From Patescibacteria group bacterium (GTDB lineage Bacteria > Patescibacteriota > Microgenomatia > 0-14-0-10-38-17), in NCBI GenBank assembly GCA_050953885.1, contig JBMNNJ010000001.1, positions 335,437 through 399,436 of the forward strand: DNA of 64,000 nucleotides, written 5' to 3'. Under the pieces are notes generated by a model that saw nothing but the letters and a program-made list of their open reading frames with translations, did no database searches and was not told the origin of the DNA. A program made the translations under genes and the position numbers. Shown here piece by piece: positions 60,281 through 64,000 of the stretch (positions within the stretch are counted from its first letter, which is position 1; each line of letters opens with the position of its first letter).

Positions 60281-61414
60281 TCACTCCCCCCTTAGCCTCT
60301 GAATATCGTTAATGGTTACCAAAATCATCAATAGCAATAAAATTAAAAAACCAATCTGATTAGCCCACATCTCAATTTGCTGACGTCTTTTTGGACCTAA
60401 AAATTTTTCTGACAGAACAAAAAAAACCCGCCCTCCATCTAAAGCTGGAAAAGGGAAAACATTCAAAATTGCCAAATTTACCGAAAGAATGCCGGCAAAT
60501 TGAGCCAGCGGCCAAAAGCCATTGGCGGCAATTTCCCCGGTGACCTGATAAATCCCTACCGGCCCGGCCACGTCAAACGCTACCTTCTCTCCTTTTAAAG
60601 CCCCCCTGACTAAATTAACTAAACCCATCACAATTTCCTTTCCCCAAAAAATCGCTTCCGAAAAACCATTATAAATTGCTTTGGGAACCATTTGGTAAAA
60701 AGGATAAAACTGAATTTTCGTATCCGAGATAACTACCCCCAACGGCCCTTCGCCTTTGGGGGGCGTTTCCCGAGGAACGACTACGGCTAAAAATTTTCCC
60801 TCCTGACAATAAGAGTAATTCTTCTCCTCTACCTCTTGCCCTCCTAAAGTCTCTTTTTGGCAAGGATTGTTTTCTTGCCGACCGATTTCTAATTTAATCG
60901 GCCGACCAAGCGCGCCATTAACTCGCTCTAAAAATTCTTCATTATTGGTTATCTTTTCTCCTTCAAAGGATAAAATCAGATCGCCGGCGACTAAACCTGC
61001 CTCCCCAGCTGGAGAATTAGGTAAAACTTCCACCACCCTTACCGTATTGGCCTTTTCCGGAATGCCTAAAAAAGAATAAACCAAGGTAAAAATAACCACC
61101 GCCAAAACAAGGTTCATTAAAACGCCCGCCAAAAGAATTTTAATCCGTGTTTTTTTATCCTTATGGCTAAAGGCGCGCTCTTTATTCTTAACTACGCCGG
61201 TTTCCTCCCCATAAAGACGGACAAAACCGCCAAAAGGCAAAAGATTGAGAGAGTAAATTGTTTCTCCCTTCTTTATTCCGACAAGACGCGGCGGCAAGCC
61301 AAAGCCAAATTCTTCCACTAAAATTCCCGCTCTCTTGGCCGCCAAAAAATGCCCCCCTTCGTGAACCAAAACCAAAACCGAAAGCAGAAGAAAAAAAATA
61401 ATAATCGTTGGCAT
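60281..61414 (-). CDS. rseP: RseP-like M50 intramembrane protease with PDZ domain
   Basis: VHEGGHF; LPFGGFV; SPAGEAGL; NVFPFPALDGGR. Confidence 0.93.
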   Translation of the reverse strand: MPTIIIFFLLLSVLVLVHEGGHFLAAKRAGILVEEFGFGLPPRLVGIKKGETIYSLNLLPFGGFVRLYGEETGVVKNKERAFSHKDKKTRIKILLAGVLMNLVLAVVIFTLVYSFLGIPEKANTVRVVEVLPNSPAGEAGLVAGDLILSFEGEKITNNEEFLERVNGALGRPIKLEIGRQENNPCQKETLGGQEVEEKNYSYCQEGKFLAVVVPRETPPKGEGPLGVVISDTKIQFYPFYQMVPKAIYNGFSEAIFWGKEIVMGLVNLVRGALKGEKVAFDVAGPVGIYQVTGEIAANGFWPLAQFAGILSVNLAILNVFPFPALDGGRVFFVLSEKFLGPKRRQQIEMWANQIGFLILLLLMILVTINDIQRLRGE

Positions 61415-61571
61415 GGAGATAAATGATTAAAAGACGCAAATTGACACGAATAGGAAACGAATAGACACGAAAAATAATGAAAAAATCCAACTATCCTATT
61501 TTACCACCAACCGGGCCGCCAAGGAAAAATGGAATCTTAAAAAAGAAAACAATTTGTTTAAAAAGAGGCTT

Positions 61572-62123
61572 TTAAACCTGACGGAGTTCTTTCTCCTTGT
61601 TTTCCCCCAGAAGATCAATTTGGCCAATAAACTCGTCGGTGAGTTTTTGCAGCTCTTCTTCTTGAGAAAAGGCCTCGTTTTCGCTCATTTCCCCCTTTTC
61701 CTTTGCTTCCCTGATTTCGGCTCTTTTTTCTGCCCGCAAGCGCCTGATCATTACCCGTGAGGCTTCCAGTTTATTCTTTAATAGGCGGATATATTCTTCT
61801 CGTCTTTCGGTAGAAAGAGGAGGAATTTGTATCCGCACTAAATTACCACTGGCTATCGGCGTTAACCCCATTTCCGCTTCGTTTATCGCCTTAACAATTT
61901 TTTTAATCACCCCCGTGTCCCAGGGTTGAATCAAAAGCGTTCCTCCCCCTTCAGTGGTTATTGTTGCTAACTCTTTAAGCTTTAGAGGGGCACTACCTTC
62001 ATAAGCTTCAACGGTAATATTTTCCACCAAAGAAGGATTTGCCTGTGAAGTGCGCATCAGCGCCAAATCTTCTTTCAGCATCGCCAAAACGGCGGCCATT
62101 TTCTCTCTTGTCTCCTCATGCAT
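61572..62123 (-). CDS. frr: Ribosome recycling factor
   Basis: IQPWD; IPPLSTERR; LQKLTDEFI. Confidence 0.93.
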   Translation of the reverse strand: MHEETREKMAAVLAMLKEDLALMRTSQANPSLVENITVEAYEGSAPLKLKELATITTEGGGTLLIQPWDTGVIKKIVKAINEAEMGLTPIASGNLVRIQIPPLSTERREEYIRLLKNKLEASRVMIRRLRAEKRAEIREAKEKGEMSENEAFSQEEELQKLTDEFIGQIDLLGENKEKELRQV

Positions 62124-62168
62124 TTTCTTTTTTTATTCAACCATCTTTTCCTGCCCTTTGTCAAGCTC

Positions 62169-62624
62169 TTAAACTTCAAGCCTTACAAATTCCTTTACTT
62201 TAATATTTTCCCCTATCTTTCCAACCGTCTGGGCAATTAATTCTCCCACCTTAATTTGCGGATCACGAATATATTCTTGGGCAAGCAATTCTTCAATCGA
62301 AGTTGGCGCCATCGCCGCTACTTGCATCGCCAGTTCATAAGCCAAATTTTTAAATTCTCCGGTTCTGGCCACAAAATCAGTTTCACAAGAAAGAGCCACC
62401 ATGGCCCCAATCTTTTGATTAGCATGCACATAAGCCGCCACCACTCCTTCTCTTGCCTCCCGTTCTGCCTTCTTGGCGGCTATTTCCTGCCCTTGTTTTC
62501 GCAAAATTGTTAGCGCCTTCTTAACATCCCCATTCGCCTCCCGCAACGCTTTTTGGCAATCACTTACCCCGGCTCCGCATAAAGAACGCAACTCTTTGAC
62601 TAAGGCTAAATTATTTTTTTGCAT
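62169..62624 (-). CDS. tsf: Elongation factor Ts (short form)
   Basis: VKELR..GVSDCQKAL; CETDFVAR; KIGENIKV. Confidence 0.95.
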   Translation of the reverse strand: MQKNNLALVKELRSLCGAGVSDCQKALREANGDVKKALTILRKQGQEIAAKKAEREAREGVVAAYVHANQKIGAMVALSCETDFVARTGEFKNLAYELAMQVAAMAPTSIEELLAQEYIRDPQIKVGELIAQTVGKIGENIKVKEFVRLEV

Positions 62625-62634
62625 AAAATTAAAT

Positions 62635-63351
62635 TCACTTTTTCTCTAACGATTCAGTAACTTTTTCCAAAATGTAGGCAACGCTCTTTTGGGCATCATC
62701 ATTGGCGGGAATGACATAATCAATTGGTCGCGGGTCGGTATTAGTATCCACAATCGCCACTACCGGCACTCCCATTCTTCTTGCCTCCGCCACCGCTGTT
62801 TTCTCCTTCTTCGGGTCCACAATAAAAAGAGCCGCCGGAATCCCCTTAAGATCGGCAACCCCTTCATAGTCTTTCTTTAAGCGCAAATATTCCCGCTTCA
62901 GCATTTCCTGCTCATACTTAGTTCTCTCCCCATCTCTTTTTTCCACTTGCTTTGCCAGTTTCTTAAGCTTTTTTAAATTATTCTTTTTAATTTCCTCAAA
63001 GTTAGTTAAAAGCCCCCCAATCCAACGGGTGGTAATATACGGCATCCCTAACTTCTGGGCTGCTTCCTGAACAAAAGGAGCCGCCTGCCTTTTTGTCCCC
63101 ACAAAAATAACCTGATTTTCAGGGTCAGTAAAAACTTTTTGCAAAAAAGAAATTGCCTCCTGAAGTTTTTCCCGCGTTTTCACTAAATCAAAAATATGCA
63201 CCCCCTCACGCGCCATATAAATATATTCTTTCATCCGCGGGTGAACTTTAGCTACAATATGACCAAAGTGACAACCCGCTTCTAAAAGTTCCTCTAAGGG
63301 AATTTCCAAAGCCGTTTTTTCTTTTGAAGTTTTTTTTGCTGTTTTCGCCAC
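62635..63351 (-). CDS. rpsB: 30S ribosomal protein S2
   Basis: LLEAGCHFGH; FVGTK; RWIGGLLTNF; VDTNTDP; IPANDD. Confidence 0.97.
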   Translation of the reverse strand: MAKTAKKTSKEKTALEIPLEELLEAGCHFGHIVAKVHPRMKEYIYMAREGVHIFDLVKTREKLQEAISFLQKVFTDPENQVIFVGTKRQAAPFVQEAAQKLGMPYITTRWIGGLLTNFEEIKKNNLKKLKKLAKQVEKRDGERTKYEQEMLKREYLRLKKDYEGVADLKGIPAALFIVDPKKEKTAVAEARRMGVPVVAIVDTNTDPRPIDYVIPANDDAQKSVAYILEKVTESLEKK

Positions 63352-63458
63352 TTTCTTACCTCCTTTTCTCCTTCACCTATTTTAATTATGTAAATCAGGA
63401 GGAATAAAATAGGTGTCAGTGATAATAAATGTTATTTTAACGGCTTTCCCTTAAAAAA

Positions 63459-64000
63459 TCAATGGGAAACTAAATCATAAAAATTAAAAAGCAGGGAAAT
63501 AACCGTCATTGGCCCTACCCCACCCGGAACGGGAGTAATAAAAGAAGCCAAAGGCGCCACTTGGGGAAAATCAACATCCCCTTGCGGCGCGCCGGCATCA
63601 ATAACCACCGCTCCTTTTTTAACCATTGTTTTTTTGATCAAACCCTTTTTGCCCGTAGCGCTTATCAAAAGATCAGCCTTTTTAGTAAAAGAGACAACAT
63701 CTTTTGTCCAATGATTTAAAACGGTAACCGTTACCCCGCAGTTTATTAGCAAATTAGCTAATGGCTTGCCAACAATATTTGATTTTCCCAATATACAGGC
63801 ATTTTTACCAACAACGCCCTTTTTGCCCAAACCGGCAAAAGATAAAATTTCCGCTATTCCTCTAACGGTCGCTGGTAAAAGACGCGACCTGCCCATCATC
63901 AAAAAACCTAAATTAGTTGCTGTCAGACAATCGACATCTTTTTCGGGCGAAATAGCGTTAACAATTTCCGTTTCCGCTAACTTTAAAGGATTGGGCAAGG
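63459..64000 (-). CDS. folD: FolD methylenetetrahydrofolate dehydrogenase/cyclohydrolase (5'-truncated by window edge)
   Basis: EKDVDCL; GKSNIVGKPL; TPVPGGVGPMT. Confidence 0.93.
   Translation of the reverse strand, partial: LPNPLKLAETEIVNAISPEKDVDCLTATNLGFLMMGRSRLLPATVRGIAEILSFAGLGKKGVVGKNACILGKSNIVGKPLANLLINCGVTVTVLNHWTKDVVSFTKKADLLISATGKKGLIKKTMVKKGAVVIDAGAPQGDVDFPQVAPLASFITPVPGGVGPMTVISLLFNFYDLVSH

Overview
Chromosomal segment of a bacterium, most likely Patescibacteria (CPR, Microgenomates-like). This is inferred from gene content, short ThrS/PheT/EF-Ts forms and TGA used as stop (code 11). The backbone is housekeeping: intein-containing dnaB, tig, tRNA-Val, thrS-infC-rpmI-rplT-pheST, PBP1, recG, rpmF-nusB-rnc-rpsP, gyrB-ppdK-gyrA, a Xer-type recombinase, cysS, recR-ybaB-dnaX, ybeY, rpsU, rseP, frr-tsf-rpsB and folD. 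It also holds a large type IV pilus cluster (pilB/T/C/D/M/N/O and nine pilin-like genes). Two things stand out. (1) A 2.6-kb cargo lies between two apparently identical 728-bp dead IS481-like copies. It encodes a radical SAM/SPASM enzyme with a C-terminal RRE-like domain, an unannotated 48-aa six-Cys/Asp-rich candidate precursor peptide (7266-7412) and a HEXXH protein, so it is a candidate mobile ranthipeptide-type RiPP locus. (2) Most intergenic gaps over ~100 bp are mosaics of about eight recurring palindromic or short-period repeat modules. These modules nest inside each other, supply the start codons and leader peptides of most pilin genes, and are inserted in frame in the prepilin peptidase. 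rplT and pheS carry three +1 indels that are probably assembly errors. All calls come from reading the sequence; no database searches were run.
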